DNA from: Cyanobacteriota bacterium
Lineage (GTDB): Bacteria > Cyanobacteriota > Cyanobacteriia > Cyanobacteriales > Microcoleaceae
Length of the DNA stretch: 64,000 nucleotides
Assembly: GCA_043767465.1 (NCBI GenBank)
Contig: JAYUGZ010000156.1
Location: 2,857 to 66,856 of the forward strand
Direction: 5' to 3'
The notes beneath the pieces were generated by a model. The model was not told the DNA's origin and searched no databases. It saw only the letters and a program-made list of their open reading frames with translations. A program made the translations under genes and the position numbers. Of the stretch, positions 30,239-40,782 are shown piece after piece. Positions within the stretch are counted from its first letter, which is position 1; the number at the start of each line of letters is the position of its first letter.

Positions 30239-31371
30239 GACTTTCCCTCTAAGTGTCCTGGTAGCTTTTGTGTTACGGTTTCGATCAACTTGTCGAACGA
30301 GTGGTTAAATTTATCGACACCCTCATCCTCAAGTTGCTGCGTTACTTGGTCGATATTAATGCCCAATGATGGCAGTTGCTCCAATACCCAACCAGCTACC
30401 GTGACATCTTGTTCGAGACGGGCTTGCGGCTCTCCGCGATCGCGATAAGCATCAAGGGTTTCCATTGGGATGGTGTCGATCGTGTCCGGTCCGATGAGGG
30501 ACTCAACGTATTTCACGTCACTGTAATCTGGGTTCTTGGTGCTGGTGCTAGCCCAGAGTAGTCGTTGGATGCGAGCGCCCTGAGTAGCCAGATTCTTAAA
30601 CCGATTACTACCGAATATTTCCTTGTAGATTTGATAAGCCATTTTTGCGCTGGCAATGGCAACCTGCCCATGAACCTTGTGGGCGAGGATTGCATCCTTG
30701 TCGCCTTGGGCAATGAGTTTTTCTAGCAGCGGATCTACCAGCGCATCAATCCGACTGATAAAGAAACTAGCCACCGAGGCGATATGTTTCACGGGTTTTT
30801 CTTGGGCTATGCGCGCTTCAATCCCAGCGACATAAGCTTCCGCCACCTGCCGATAGCGAGGCAATCCGAACAACAGCGTGATGTTAACGCTAATTCCCTC
30901 GTGGATGAGTTGCTCGATCGCAGGCAACCCTGCGGCTGTAGCAGGAACCTTAATTAAGACATTCGGTCGGTTCAGCGCGCTCCACAACCGACGGGCTTCC
31001 TCGATGGTACCAGTGGTGTTGTGGGCAAGGTGGGGATTGACCTCTAGGCTGACATAGCCATCTTTACCGTCAGTCCGATCGTAGAGAGTTCGGAATTCGT
31101 CGGCAGCACTCTGCACATCATTCTGGCTGATGGTTTCATAGATTATTTCAGCACTTTTGCCCTGAAGTGCCATGACCCGAATATCCTCGTCGTAATCATG
31201 GCTGCCTGCGATCGCCTTCTCAAAAATGGATGGGTTTGAGGTCATGCCCCGTAAGCCATCTTCCACGATCAAACGTCGAAGTTTGCCGCCAACAATCAAA
31301 TCGCGTCGGATGTAATCTAGCCAAAGAGACTGACCGAGGGTTCCCAATTGTTTTAGAGGATTGTCTTTCAT
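30235..31371 (-). CDS. tal: Transaldolase
   Basis: GQSLWLD, GMTSNPSIF, VSLEV, LIKVPAT, ASFFISRID, LLWASTSTK. Confidence 0.93.
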   Translation of the reverse strand: MKDNPLKQLGTLGQSLWLDYIRRDLIVGGKLRRLIVEDGLRGMTSNPSIFEKAIAGSHDYDEDIRVMALQGKSAEIIYETISQNDVQSAADEFRTLYDRTDGKDGYVSLEVNPHLAHNTTGTIEEARRLWSALNRPNVLIKVPATAAGLPAIEQLIHEGISVNITLLFGLPRYRQVAEAYVAGIEARIAQEKPVKHIASVASFFISRIDALVDPLLEKLIAQGDKDAILAHKVHGQVAIASAKMAYQIYKEIFGSNRFKNLATQGARIQRLLWASTSTKNPDYSDVKYVESLIGPDTIDTIPMETLDAYRDRGEPQARLEQDVTVAGWVLEQLPSLGINIDQVTQQLEDEGVDKFNHSFDKLIETVTQKLPGHLEGKS

Positions 31372-31521
31372 AATTGCGTCTCTTGTTTTTTCGGTATTGT
31401 CATCTTGGAGATGCGATCGCCTGCTCGAAGATTGATGGATTCGAGGTTATCCTCCGCCCACCATCTTTCACAATCAAACACTGATTTCTGTCTTCTAAAT
31501 AGCTGTACGAAATGGATTACG

Positions 31522-33159
31522 TTAGTCATGAAATTTGGCTTTCCTATAGTGCTGAATCAGCGTATTGGTTGAACTATCGTGCTTGAGTGAGTTCATCTCC
31601 TCAGTTTCAAGTTCAGGAATGATTTTTGCGGCCAGCGCCTTTCCCAGTTCGACTCCCCACTGGTCAAAGGAGTCGATATTCCAAAGGACACCTTGAGTAA
31701 AAACGCTGTGTTCGTAGAAGGCAACGAGCTTCCCCAGTGCTGCTGGAGTCAACCGTTCCAGAAGGATGGTGCTGGATGGACGGTTGCCTTCAAAGGTTTG
31801 ATGCGGCACTAACCAGTCTGGTATGCCCTCAGCCTCGACTTCCTCTGCCGTTTTGCCAAAGGCAAGTGCCTCGGACTGGGCAAACATATTGGCAAAAAGT
31901 ACGTCATGGTGGACTCCAAGTGGGTTAAGCGGCTTCACAAACCCGATAAAGTCACAGGGGATAAGCTTAGTCCCCTGATGAATCAGTTGGTAGAAGGAGT
32001 GCTGCCCATTGGTTCCCGGCTCTCCCCAGTAAATCGGCCCAGTTTGGCAGGCGATTGCTTGCCCATCTCGCGTAACGTGCTTGCCATTACTCTCCATCGT
32101 CAACTGCTGGAGGTAAGCTGGGAAACGCTTTAAATACTGCTCATAGGGCAGCACCGCTACCGTCTGAGCACCAAAAAAGTTGTTGTTCCAGAGACCCAGA
32201 AGCCCCATGAGTACGGGTAAGTTGCGATCGAAGGGAGCCGTGCGAAAATGCTCGTCCATCTGGTGGAAACCGTCGAGCATGGCGCGAAAATGGTCGGAAC
32301 CAATGGCAATCATTGTCGAGAGTCCGATCGCCGAGTCCATAGAGTACCGTCCACCAACCCAATCCCAAAACTCGAACATATTGGCGGTGTCAATGCCAAA
32401 CTGAGCCACCGCCTCGGCGTTGGTCGAAACCGCAACAAAATGTCTGGCAACCGCAGCGGGCTGGTTCAACGTCGCCCGCAACCAGTCTCGCGCCGTATGT
32501 GCGTTGGTCATCGTCTCCAGAGTCGTAAACGTCTTCGACGCAATGATGAACAGTGTCTCCGCCGCGTCGAGGTCGTGGGTAGCCTCAACGAAAGCGGTGC
32601 TGTCAATGTTGGAAACAAAGCGGACGGTCAGGTCGCGCTGGCTATAGTGTCGCAATGCTTCATAGGCCATCACGGGGCCTAAATCCGAGCCACCGATGCC
32701 GATATTGACGATGTTGCGGATGCGCTTACCAGTGCATCCTTTCCACGCTCCACTGCGTACTTGAGTAGAAAAGTCAGCCATCCGATCGAGCACGGCATGA
32801 ACTTCGGGTACAACGTCCTCGCCGTCCACAGTGATGACCTGCCCTTTGGGAGCGCGTAGGGCTATGTGTAGCACCGCCCGCTTTTCTGTGACGTTGATTT
32901 TGTCACCACGAAACATGGCATCGATGCGCGATCGCAGACCAGACTCCACCGCCAATTGCAGCAAGAGGGTGAGCGTCTCATCCGTGATGCGGTGCTTTGC
33001 ATAGTCGAAGTAGATGCCGATCGCCTCCATGGTCAGGCGCTCCCCGCGCCTTGGATCGTCTGCAAAGAGCTGCCGTAGATGCAACGCCTCGACTTTCGGA
33101 TAATGAGCTTTGAGGGCTTGCCATGCCCCACGCTGGGTCAGGGGCGCGATCGGGGTCAT
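31522..33159 (-). CDS. pgi: Glucose-6-phosphate isomerase
   Basis: [39 protein letters not shown]. Confidence 0.96.
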   Translation of the reverse strand: MTPIAPLTQRGAWQALKAHYPKVEALHLRQLFADDPRRGERLTMEAIGIYFDYAKHRITDETLTLLLQLAVESGLRSRIDAMFRGDKINVTEKRAVLHIALRAPKGQVITVDGEDVVPEVHAVLDRMADFSTQVRSGAWKGCTGKRIRNIVNIGIGGSDLGPVMAYEALRHYSQRDLTVRFVSNIDSTAFVEATHDLDAAETLFIIASKTFTTLETMTNAHTARDWLRATLNQPAAVARHFVAVSTNAEAVAQFGIDTANMFEFWDWVGGRYSMDSAIGLSTMIAIGSDHFRAMLDGFHQMDEHFRTAPFDRNLPVLMGLLGLWNNNFFGAQTVAVLPYEQYLKRFPAYLQQLTMESNGKHVTRDGQAIACQTGPIYWGEPGTNGQHSFYQLIHQGTKLIPCDFIGFVKPLNPLGVHHDVLFANMFAQSEALAFGKTAEEVEAEGIPDWLVPHQTFEGNRPSSTILLERLTPAALGKLVAFYEHSVFTQGVLWNIDSFDQWGVELGKALAAKIIPELETEEMNSLKHDSSTNTLIQHYRKAKFHD

Positions 33160-33944
33160 GCTGCCTCCACTGGGGTTTGGGTCTGACGGATCGCCGCCTG
33201 AACGATGGCTAAAAACGGCTCTGCCTTCAGGCTATCGCCGCCGATGAGAACACCATCCACACCGGGTCGGCTCAGCAACCCATCGGCATTCTCTGGATTA
33301 ACGCTACCGCCGTAGTGGATCGCCAGGGTCTGAGCCGATCGCGCCCCGAATATCTGACCAAATCGATGCCGAATCACCGCGTGCGCGTCCTGAACCTGCT
33401 GTGGTGTAGCGTGGTGTCCGCTACTGCCGATCGCCCAGACGGGCTCATAGGCAATACTCAGGTGGGTTAACGTTGCTGCTGAGAGTCCGTCTAAGCCCTG
33501 AAGCAATTGCCGATCGATCACCGTTTCGGTCTGATCTGCCTGACGTTCGGCTAGGGTTTCGCCGATGCAAAAAATCACATCGAGTCCAGCATCCAGGGCG
33601 ACCTGTACTTTGTGGTGAATGAACGCATCCGATTCGCCCAGTATGTGTCGGCGCTCGCTGTGTCCGAGGATCGCGTACCGGCAGCCGAGATCGAGGAGCA
33701 TCGTGGGGCTGACCTCGCCTGTGAATGCGCCTTCTTTGGCGGGATAGAGGTTCTGTGCGCCAAGCGCAACCCGGCTGCCCTTGAGGATTTCCCCAACCAG
33801 AGCCAGATAGGGAAACGGTGGACAAACAGCGACGGTAACACTATCATCAGTACCCATACCAGCCGCGATCGCCATTGCCAGATGGCTGGCTTCGGCTGTA
33901 GTGGTGTGCATTTTCCAGTTTCCGATCGCAAATTTCTGACGCAT
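33156..33944 (-). CDS. tpiA: Triosephosphate isomerase
   Basis: [25 protein letters not shown]. Confidence 0.95.
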   Translation of the reverse strand: MRQKFAIGNWKMHTTTAEASHLAMAIAAGMGTDDSVTVAVCPPFPYLALVGEILKGSRVALGAQNLYPAKEGAFTGEVSPTMLLDLGCRYAILGHSERRHILGESDAFIHHKVQVALDAGLDVIFCIGETLAERQADQTETVIDRQLLQGLDGLSAATLTHLSIAYEPVWAIGSSGHHATPQQVQDAHAVIRHRFGQIFGARSAQTLAIHYGGSVNPENADGLLSRPGVDGVLIGGDSLKAEPFLAIVQAAIRQTQTPVEAA

Positions 33945-33985
33945 AGCGAGTTCCTATTGGTTGGTTACGAACGGTCTTGGCAGTT

Positions 33986-34618
33986 TTATAAGGCGTGAGC
34001 GGCGGCATTCCATAAGGCGTGAGCGGCGGCGGCATTCCACAAAGCGATAATCGGCACTGTGAGGTGATGGGAATCGAAGGAGAAAATACTGATTGATGCC
34101 GTGCCAATGGGGAAATGCTGCGCTTCATCCACCGCTAACCCGATCCAGCGTGTCGCCAAAACGCCGCCGAACTGACCGTGAGAAAAGAGTGCAATATTTC
34201 CGTCCAGAATGCGAAGACGAGCGATGAGTCGATCGGCGCGATCGGAAATTTGGGTGGGCATTTCACCATGCGGACAACCATCCCGAAAAACATTCCAGTC
34301 CGGGCGCTCCTTGCGAATATTTACGGATTTCTTTCCTTCGTAATCGCCATAGTCCCATTCGACCAGATCTGGTTCAATTTCCGGGACTCGATCCAACCCC
34401 GCCAACTCACAGGTTTGGCGGGCACGCTGGAGTGGGCTGGTCAGCACATGGGAAAACTGGATATCCCGGAGGTGTTTGCCGAGTGCCCGTGCCTCGGACT
34501 CGCCGTTTGTAGTCAACGGAATATCCGTGAGACCTGTGTGCCGACGGTCGAGCGCCCACTCGGTTTCACCGTGCCGAATCAGGTAAAGGCTTAGGGAATT
34601 AGAAAGGCTGGTGTTCAT
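33986..34618 (-). CDS. Histidine phosphatase family protein (Shb17/YK23-like)
   Basis: RHGETEW, TGLTDIPLT, SPLQRA, EWDYGDYEG, WNVFRDGC..GE, FSHG. Confidence 0.85.
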   Translation of the reverse strand: MNTSLSNSLSLYLIRHGETEWALDRRHTGLTDIPLTTNGESEARALGKHLRDIQFSHVLTSPLQRARQTCELAGLDRVPEIEPDLVEWDYGDYEGKKSVNIRKERPDWNVFRDGCPHGEMPTQISDRADRLIARLRILDGNIALFSHGQFGGVLATRWIGLAVDEAQHFPIGTASISIFSFDSHHLTVPIIALWNAAAAHALWNAAAHAL

Positions 34619-35382
34619 GCGTCCGTCCCTTCCATTGCCGCTCTAGTTCGCTTTTGCTTGAAACTTAGATAAGCTACTAGACTTACAATGACAGACAGAA
34701 AAAGGATGCTGGTCTTAGTCGATCCATAGCCAAAACCACCACTTGCGTGAGGTTGTGTCAGCAAATCACCAAGTGATGCTCCTAAGGGACGAGTCAAAAT
34801 GTAGGCAATCCAAAATGCCAAGACTGCGTTTAATCTCAAGTAGTAGTAACCGATAGCTGTAAGTGCGATCGCAGCACCAAACAGCAATAAAGCTTGGAGA
34901 TAGCCTAAATTTAGTGCCTCTGCAAGATAATCTCCAGTTGCAGTCCCTAATGCAAACGCAAGTAAAATAGCGATCCAGTAGAAAATCTCCCGTTTTGCAG
35001 TATTAATCGAGTGCATTGCCAGCGTCTTTTCGTTGGCATACCAAATCGCAAACACGATCGCTAAGGCAATCCCAAAAATGATATTCGTTGTAACCAAACT
35101 CACTCCAAGCTTATCCACAAGTCGATCGGTGATGAGCGTGCCTACAACACTGGCAAGAACTACCGCAAGCCAGTAACTAACTGGAACATAGCGTTTTAGC
35201 CTAAACTGATTGAGTAGCACTACCAGCAATATCCCACTCATGATATAGGAAGTATTTGCTAGACCAAACCCCAGTGTCGTGGATAATAAATCTGCTGCGG
35301 TTTCGCCAACGGTTGTCGCTAAAACCTTGATAATCCAAAAGTAAATCGTGACTTCTGGAACCCGATTTAATGGTTTATTCAT
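34615..35382 (-). CDS. COG4705 (DUF347) membrane protein
   Basis: Likely start MNKPLNRVPEVTIYFWIIKVLATTVGETAAD at 35382; REIFYWIAIL..FALGTATGD, FWIAYILTRPLGASLGD. Confidence 0.85.
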   Translation of the reverse strand: MNKPLNRVPEVTIYFWIIKVLATTVGETAADLLSTTLGFGLANTSYIMSGILLVVLLNQFRLKRYVPVSYWLAVVLASVVGTLITDRLVDKLGVSLVTTNIIFGIALAIVFAIWYANEKTLAMHSINTAKREIFYWIAILLAFALGTATGDYLAEALNLGYLQALLLFGAAIALTAIGYYYLRLNAVLAFWIAYILTRPLGASLGDLLTQPHASGGFGYGSTKTSILFLSVIVSLVAYLSFKQKRTRAAMEGTDA

Positions 35383-36394
35383 GGTGTTTCGCACTGTATT
35401 CCCCCTGACGCGCTGCCCAATTGCACTTAGCTCGATGCAACAAAGCCTGCTGTGCCTTTGACACATTCGCCTCTTTGCCTTGCCAAATATCTAACGCTGG
35501 TTGCTGGATGGCACGACCAAAGGAAAACGTCAATGCCCAAGGCGATCGCGATTTGAATCTAAAATTCATGGCATTCAAACGCGCCGAGGCAGGTTCACTG
35601 GATTGACCCCCTGACAGAAACGCAATCCCCGGCACGGCAGCGGGAACCGTCGGCAACAGACAGTTCACCGTAGCATCAGCCACCTCGTCCACCGATTCTT
35701 GCTGAGGACAGGTCAATGCCGGAAGCACCATATTGGGCTTCAGAATCATGCCCTCCAGCATTACCCGTTGCGTGTAGAGTTGGTTGAAGACGCAGTGCAG
35801 CACCTCCTCCGTCACCTTGCTGCATCGTTCCAAGGTATGCGCTCCATCCATCAGCACTTCTGGCTCAACAATGGGAACCAGTCCCGCTTCCTGGCACAAG
35901 GCAGCATAGCGAGCTAATGCTTGCGCGTTGGCTTCGATGCAACCCTGGCTGGGAATGTCAGAGCCGATCGCAATCACCGCGCGCCACTTGGCAAAACGAG
36001 CGCCCATTTGAAAATATTCCTTGAGGCGATCGCGCAATCCATCCAGACCTTCGGTGATCTTCTCTCCAGGATGACCCGCCATATCCTTAGCACCAATGTC
36101 AACTTTGATGCCAGGAATGATTCCCGCTTCGGTGATGACTTGCACAAAGGGCGTGCCATCTTGCTTTTGCTGGCGGATCGTTTCATCGTAAAGGATCGCG
36201 CCACTAATGTACTCACCAAGACTGGGCGTGGTGATAATCAATTCTCGATAGGCGCGTCGGGCTTCCTCGGTCTGGGGAATACCTAACTTTGCAAATCGTT
36301 TGTTACAGGTTGGATTACTTTCATCCATCGCCAGCAGACCTTTGTAGTCGGCAACCAGCATCCTTGCAGTGTCTATAAGGTCTTGTGCATTCAT
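35375..36394 (-). CDS. Class I fructose-bisphosphate aldolase (eukaryote-like glycolytic type)
   Basis: KGLLAMDES, GIKVD, FAKWR, VPIVEPE, MILKPNMV (Schiff-base Lys), FLSGGQ, FSFGRA. Confidence 0.93.
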   Translation of the reverse strand: MNAQDLIDTARMLVADYKGLLAMDESNPTCNKRFAKLGIPQTEEARRAYRELIITTPSLGEYISGAILYDETIRQQKQDGTPFVQVITEAGIIPGIKVDIGAKDMAGHPGEKITEGLDGLRDRLKEYFQMGARFAKWRAVIAIGSDIPSQGCIEANAQALARYAALCQEAGLVPIVEPEVLMDGAHTLERCSKVTEEVLHCVFNQLYTQRVMLEGMILKPNMVLPALTCPQQESVDEVADATVNCLLPTVPAAVPGIAFLSGGQSSEPASARLNAMNFRFKSRSPWALTFSFGRAIQQPALDIWQGKEANVSKAQQALLHRAKCNWAARQGEYSAKHHE

Positions 36395-36425
36395 TTTTGA
36401 CTCCTGGGAAAATTTATTAACTATT
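36378..36425. repeat. 48-bp direct repeat, copy A (aldolase start and leader)
   Basis: AGGTCTTGTGCATTCATTTTTGACTCCTGGGAAAATTTATTAACTATT; 3 mismatches to 37866-37913. Confidence 0.9.
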
Positions 36426-36647
36426 TATATCTAGTTCGTAGATGGGTTGCAGCAACTCTTTGGCATCCTGTTCGGGCAGTCCCATCGCCAGCAATTTTTC
36501 GACCGCTTGTCGAACCAAATTCTTTAACCGAATCGGATTTTGCTGGGTTTCGATTCCTAAACGCTCCATTGGCGCATAGATCGAGATACAGGTCGAGTTT
36601 GACGCTGTGGTTAAAGTGGTCAATTCATCAACAGTGAATAAGTTCAT
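36417..36647 (-). pseudogene. N-terminal fragment of a baeRF (eRF1-like) family protein
   Basis: CISIYAPMERLGIETQQNPIRLKNLVRQA is the typical baeRF N-terminus; truncated at the direct repeat. Confidence 0.7.
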
Positions 36648-36694
36648 GATGTACTTCTCAGTATTTTTTTTCTCAAGTTTGTATCAGGTTTTAA

Positions 36695-37264
36695 TCAATG
36701 GCTAATCAAGGTTTGCCATTCCTGAATTGCAGTAGAGGGAACAGATAAGCTGACGGATTCACCGTCGATGGTTGGTAATGTCATTTGCAGGGGAATCTCC
36801 GCTTGTAACTGAGGTAGGGCAAGCTGAATGTCATATTCTGCAACATTCGCTGGGGTTAGTGTGTCCTGAGAAATTTCGCTAGAAATATCCTTGGCGGTTA
36901 TAGTTTCGCCCATAGATGTTGTGAAGGTAAGCGGTTGAGTGCGATCGAATTCCACCGCACCAGGAAAGCCCACGACGCGCAGAGAGACAGTAGAAGTACC
37001 TTCGGGATGGATGCGCTTAAAGGCGATCGCCTGCCAGGAATTTCCGTTCCGATCTTGCAGGGTTTGTCGGGATTGGTAGAGCATTTGCCCTGGATATTCT
37101 TCGATTTGCGTCAAAGATGCAAAAGCGTGTAAGGGAGTCCAGACAACCAGTGAAACGCAGATTAAAGCAGCTAGCAGCCAGCGCAGCGGGTGAATTTTCA
37201 ACCCGTTAAAGCAGATAGAGTTCATCAAAAAAATCCTCTTAAAGTAAGTTAAAAGCTTTGGCAA
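36695..37264 (-). CDS. DUF3122-family cyanobacterial protein
   Basis: Signal-peptide-like N-terminus; EEYPGQMLYQSRQTLQD..GNSWQAIAFKR...LRVVGFPG. Confidence 0.75.
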   Translation of the reverse strand: MPKLLTYFKRIFLMNSICFNGLKIHPLRWLLAALICVSLVVWTPLHAFASLTQIEEYPGQMLYQSRQTLQDRNGNSWQAIAFKRIHPEGTSTVSLRVVGFPGAVEFDRTQPLTFTTSMGETITAKDISSEISQDTLTPANVAEYDIQLALPQLQAEIPLQMTLPTIDGESVSLSVPSTAIQEWQTLISH

Positions 37265-37287
37265 TTGCAGAGTAAAAATTCCGAATT

Positions 37288-37810
37288 TTAACTAGAAGCG
37301 ATCGCTTCTCCTGCGGTTTTCCAACCTGCAAAGCTAGGTGGAAACCCCTGGACATTCTCATAACCCAATAAGTGCAGTGTCATTACTCCCATTGCCGCTC
37401 GATAACCGGCGGAACAGTACAGCACATCGCGAGCGATCGTGCGGAATTTGCTCCAGATTCTGCGCCAGGGTTTGGAGGGGAATATTGATGGCATCAGGTA
37501 TATGTCCAGATTTATACTCAGAGGGTTCTCGCACATCCACCAACAGGGTTTGAGGGTGCTTTAATTTTTTTTTTAACCCTTCGACATTGGCGATCGTGTA
37601 ATAGCCTGGTGGAATCGATGTGAGAAAGCGATCGATTGTTGATTCCAGATTTACGGTTTTTTCAGACATTGTTTGCATCTTTTCTTGAAAGATTGGTTCA
37701 GTTTCTACGAGAGTTGCTGCGAGGATCCGGTTTTGCCCAATGCCAACCAAAAAACAAAAACATAGTGCAAAACCCAGCAATACCGTCTGAATTGATTTCT
37801 TAAAGCTCAT
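37288..37810 (-). pseudogene. Secreted rhodanese-like protein, frameshifted near 37430
   Basis: LVDVREPSEYKSGHIPDAINIPL in one frame; DVLYCSAGYRAA...GWKTAG in another. Confidence 0.85.
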
Positions 37811-37865
37811 AAATTTCTCCTAAAATCCTAGTAAAAATTTGAGCCGATTCGATCTATTTCCTTTC

Positions 37866-37913
37866 AGGTCTTGTGCATTCATCTCTGACTCCTGGGAAAA
37901 TTTATTGACTATT
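37866..37913. repeat. 48-bp direct repeat, copy B (HPF 3' end plus vestigial aldolase start)
   Basis: AGGTCTTGTGCATTCATCTCTGACTCCTGGGAAAATTTATTGACTATT. Confidence 0.9.
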
Positions 37914-38267
37914 AACTGAGCTAGACAGAGGTGGGTCAGTTCTGTGATTTTCTTGATGCTCTAGTCGCCCCAGCGTGTGTTCGATCAAGTGGGTTAATTT
38001 CTCAGTCGCCCCGTCCACAGCTTGGTCTAAGGTCGCGGCCTGATGTGTTACCGCGAGGGGTTGGTGTCCTTTGAGGCGGGCTTCGATCATGCAGCGCATA
38101 TCGTCATCGCCGCCCTTCTTGTCGCTGTTCTCATCGCTGAGGTGAACATCAACGTGAGTGATGCGATCGCTGAATCGGCTTAGGCTCTCTGCGACTACAC
38201 CACTAAACTGAGTGGCTAGTGCTTCGTGACCTTCGATGTTGTGGCCGGTATGGATTTGGATTTGCAC
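37902..38267 (-). CDS. HPF/RaiA-family ribosome-associated protein
   Basis: MQIQIHTGHNIEG...LSRFSDRITHVDVHLSDEN...RCMIEARLKG..PLAVTH..QAVDGA. Confidence 0.8.
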   Translation of the reverse strand: MQIQIHTGHNIEGHEALATQFSGVVAESLSRFSDRITHVDVHLSDENSDKKGGDDDMRCMIEARLKGHQPLAVTHQAATLDQAVDGATEKLTHLIEHTLGRLEHQENHRTDPPLSSSVNSQ

Positions 38268-38303
38268 AATGTTCTCCTTTTGTAATTGTGATTGGCTTAA
38301 TAT

Positions 38304-40769
38304 TCAGATGGAATGACTAGGATCTGGCTGTCTGTCTTTCCAACCCTCGACATTTCGTGCTGCGCCCCACTTCCAATTGCGAATTTCCGGCAAGTCTTCG
38401 CCGTGCTTGTCGATGTAATGCTTATGCTCGATCAACTTGTCCTGCATCATCTGCTTGAGATAGTCTCCCTTACTACCCAAATGCTGCAAACGATCCACCA
38501 CGTCTTGCACCAGATGAAAGCGATCCAGGTCATTTTGCACCCTCATGTCAAAAGGCGTTGTGATTGTGCCCTCTTCCTTGTAGCCCCGGACGTGGAGATT
38601 GCGATTGGTACGGCGGTAGGTCAGCCGATGCACCAGCCAGGGGTATCCATGAAAGCCAAAGATGATGTGCTTGTCTTTGGTGAAGAGCGAATCGTAATCC
38701 GTTTCGCTCAGTCCGTGCGGGTGTTCGCTCTCGGATTGCAACTTCATCAGATCGACGACATTAATTACCCGTATTTTCAGATCGGGCAGATGTTCTCGCA
38801 GGATGGAAACGGCAGCCAAAATCTCTAGCGTCGGCGTATCTCCACAGCAAGCCATTACCACGTCTGGCTCGGTATCTTGGTCGTTACTAGCCCATTGCCA
38901 GATGCCAATGCCTTCAGTGCAATGCAATATCGCCGCGTCCATACTCAGCCATTGAGGGAGCGCGTGTTTGCCAGCAACCACCACATTCACGTAGTGTCGG
39001 CTGCGTAGACAGTGATCGAAGACCGACAGCAGACAGTTCGCGTCGGCTGGCAGATACACCCGCACGATATCGGCTTTCTTGTTGATTACATGGTCGATAA
39101 AACCGGGGTCTTGGTGCGTGAAGCCGTTGTGATCCTGTTGCCAGACGTGGGAGGCGAGTAGATAGTTGAGCGATGCGATCGGGCGTCGCCAGGGGAGTTC
39201 TGACGTGACCTTCAGCCATTTGGCGTGCTGGCTGAACATCGAATCAACGATGCGAATAAACGCCTCATAGCTGTTGAACAGCCCGTGCCGCCCGGTCAGC
39301 AAATAGCCTTCCAACCAACCTTGGCACTGGTGTTCGCTGAGCATCGAGTCCAGCACTTGTCCGGCGGGCGCGAGGAATTCATCATTTTTTTCTTCCCGCG
39401 CTTCCCACTGACGATTAGTAACTTCAAACACCGCGCCCAAAAGATTCGAGAGTGTCTCATCGGGGCCGAAGATGCGGAAATTGCGCTGATTTAACTTGAC
39501 TACATCACGCAGGAATTTACCCAGCACAAGGGTATCTTGACCGTCAACTGCACCAGGTGAAGGCACATGAACCGCGTGGTCGCGGAAGTCTGGCATTTGC
39601 AGGTCGTGCAGCAGTATGCCGCCGTTGGCGTGGGGGTTCGCACCCATGCGGCGATCGCCTTTCGGTGCTAGTTCAGCCAGTTCCGGCAGAAGTCGTCCGT
39701 TTTCATCAAATAGTTCTTCTGCTTTGTAGCTTTTCATCCAACTTTCCAACTGCTGGACATGGCCGGGATGCTCGGAGTTTACCAGTAGCGGCACTTGATG
39801 CGATCTCGATGTCCCTTCGATTTGTAAACCATCCACGACTTTTGGACCCGTCCAACCTTTGGGCGATTTCAGGACGATCACCGGCCAGCGCGGGCGAGTA
39901 GTATCGTTGTGGTTCCGCGCATTGCTTTGGATTTGCCGAATGTCTGCGATCGCCCTGTCCAGGGTGCTGGCCATAAGTTCGTGCATCTTTTTCGGCTCGT
40001 CGCCTTCCACAAAGTAAGGTGTCCAGCCGCAGCCTCGCAGAAATTGCTCTAACTCTTCATGCTCGATGCGAGCCAAGACGGTTGGGTTGTTGATTTTGTA
40101 GCCATTCAGGTGCAGGATTGGCAGCACAGCACCGTCGGTAATTGGGTTTAGTAACTTGTTAGACTGCCATGCTGTCGCTAAGGGGCCCGTCTCCGCTTCC
40201 CCATCGCCGATGACGCAAGCAACAATTAGATCGGGATTGTCGAAAGCAGCGCCGAAGGCATGACTGAGCGAGTATCCCAACTCACCTCCTTCGTGAATTG
40301 ACCCCGGCGTTGTCGGCGCAACGTGGCTGGAAATCCCACCCGGAAATGAGAATTGCGTGAACAGCTTTTTCAACCCAGCTTCGTCCTGAGTGACGTTGGG
40401 ATAAACTTCGCTCCAGGTGCCTTCGAGGTAAACGTTGCCCACAATTGCTGGCCCACCGTGACCGGGGCCAGCGATGTAGAGCATATCTAGGTCATATTTC
40501 TTAATCGCTCGATTCAAGTGTACATAGATGAAGTTCTGTCCCGGTGTCGTACCCCAATGTCCGACCACCAGTGGTTTGACGTGGGAGAGTTGCAGAGGCT
40601 CCTTCAGCAATGGATTGTCGTAGAGATAAATTTGCCCAACTGACAGATAGTTGGCGGCACGCCAGTAGGCATCTATTTTGTGGAGTAGTTCTGGGGAAAG
40701 AGTGTTTGTTTTTATGGTTAATTGCCCAATTTCTAAGCCCGATACACCAGTCAGATCAATTGTGTTCAC
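38304..40769 (-). CDS. xfp: Xylulose-5-P/fructose-6-P phosphoketolase
   Basis: [61 protein letters not shown]. Confidence 0.95.
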   Translation of the reverse strand: MNTIDLTGVSGLEIGQLTIKTNTLSPELLHKIDAYWRAANYLSVGQIYLYDNPLLKEPLQLSHVKPLVVGHWGTTPGQNFIYVHLNRAIKKYDLDMLYIAGPGHGGPAIVGNVYLEGTWSEVYPNVTQDEAGLKKLFTQFSFPGGISSHVAPTTPGSIHEGGELGYSLSHAFGAAFDNPDLIVACVIGDGEAETGPLATAWQSNKLLNPITDGAVLPILHLNGYKINNPTVLARIEHEELEQFLRGCGWTPYFVEGDEPKKMHELMASTLDRAIADIRQIQSNARNHNDTTRPRWPVIVLKSPKGWTGPKVVDGLQIEGTSRSHQVPLLVNSEHPGHVQQLESWMKSYKAEELFDENGRLLPELAELAPKGDRRMGANPHANGGILLHDLQMPDFRDHAVHVPSPGAVDGQDTLVLGKFLRDVVKLNQRNFRIFGPDETLSNLLGAVFEVTNRQWEAREEKNDEFLAPAGQVLDSMLSEHQCQGWLEGYLLTGRHGLFNSYEAFIRIVDSMFSQHAKWLKVTSELPWRRPIASLNYLLASHVWQQDHNGFTHQDPGFIDHVINKKADIVRVYLPADANCLLSVFDHCLRSRHYVNVVVAGKHALPQWLSMDAAILHCTEGIGIWQWASNDQDTEPDVVMACCGDTPTLEILAAVSILREHLPDLKIRVINVVDLMKLQSESEHPHGLSETDYDSLFTKDKHIIFGFHGYPWLVHRLTYRRTNRNLHVRGYKEEGTITTPFDMRVQNDLDRFHLVQDVVDRLQHLGSKGDYLKQMMQDKLIEHKHYIDKHGEDLPEIRNWKWGAARNVEGWKDRQPDPSHSI

Positions 40770-40782
40770 GGTTTTTCTCTCT

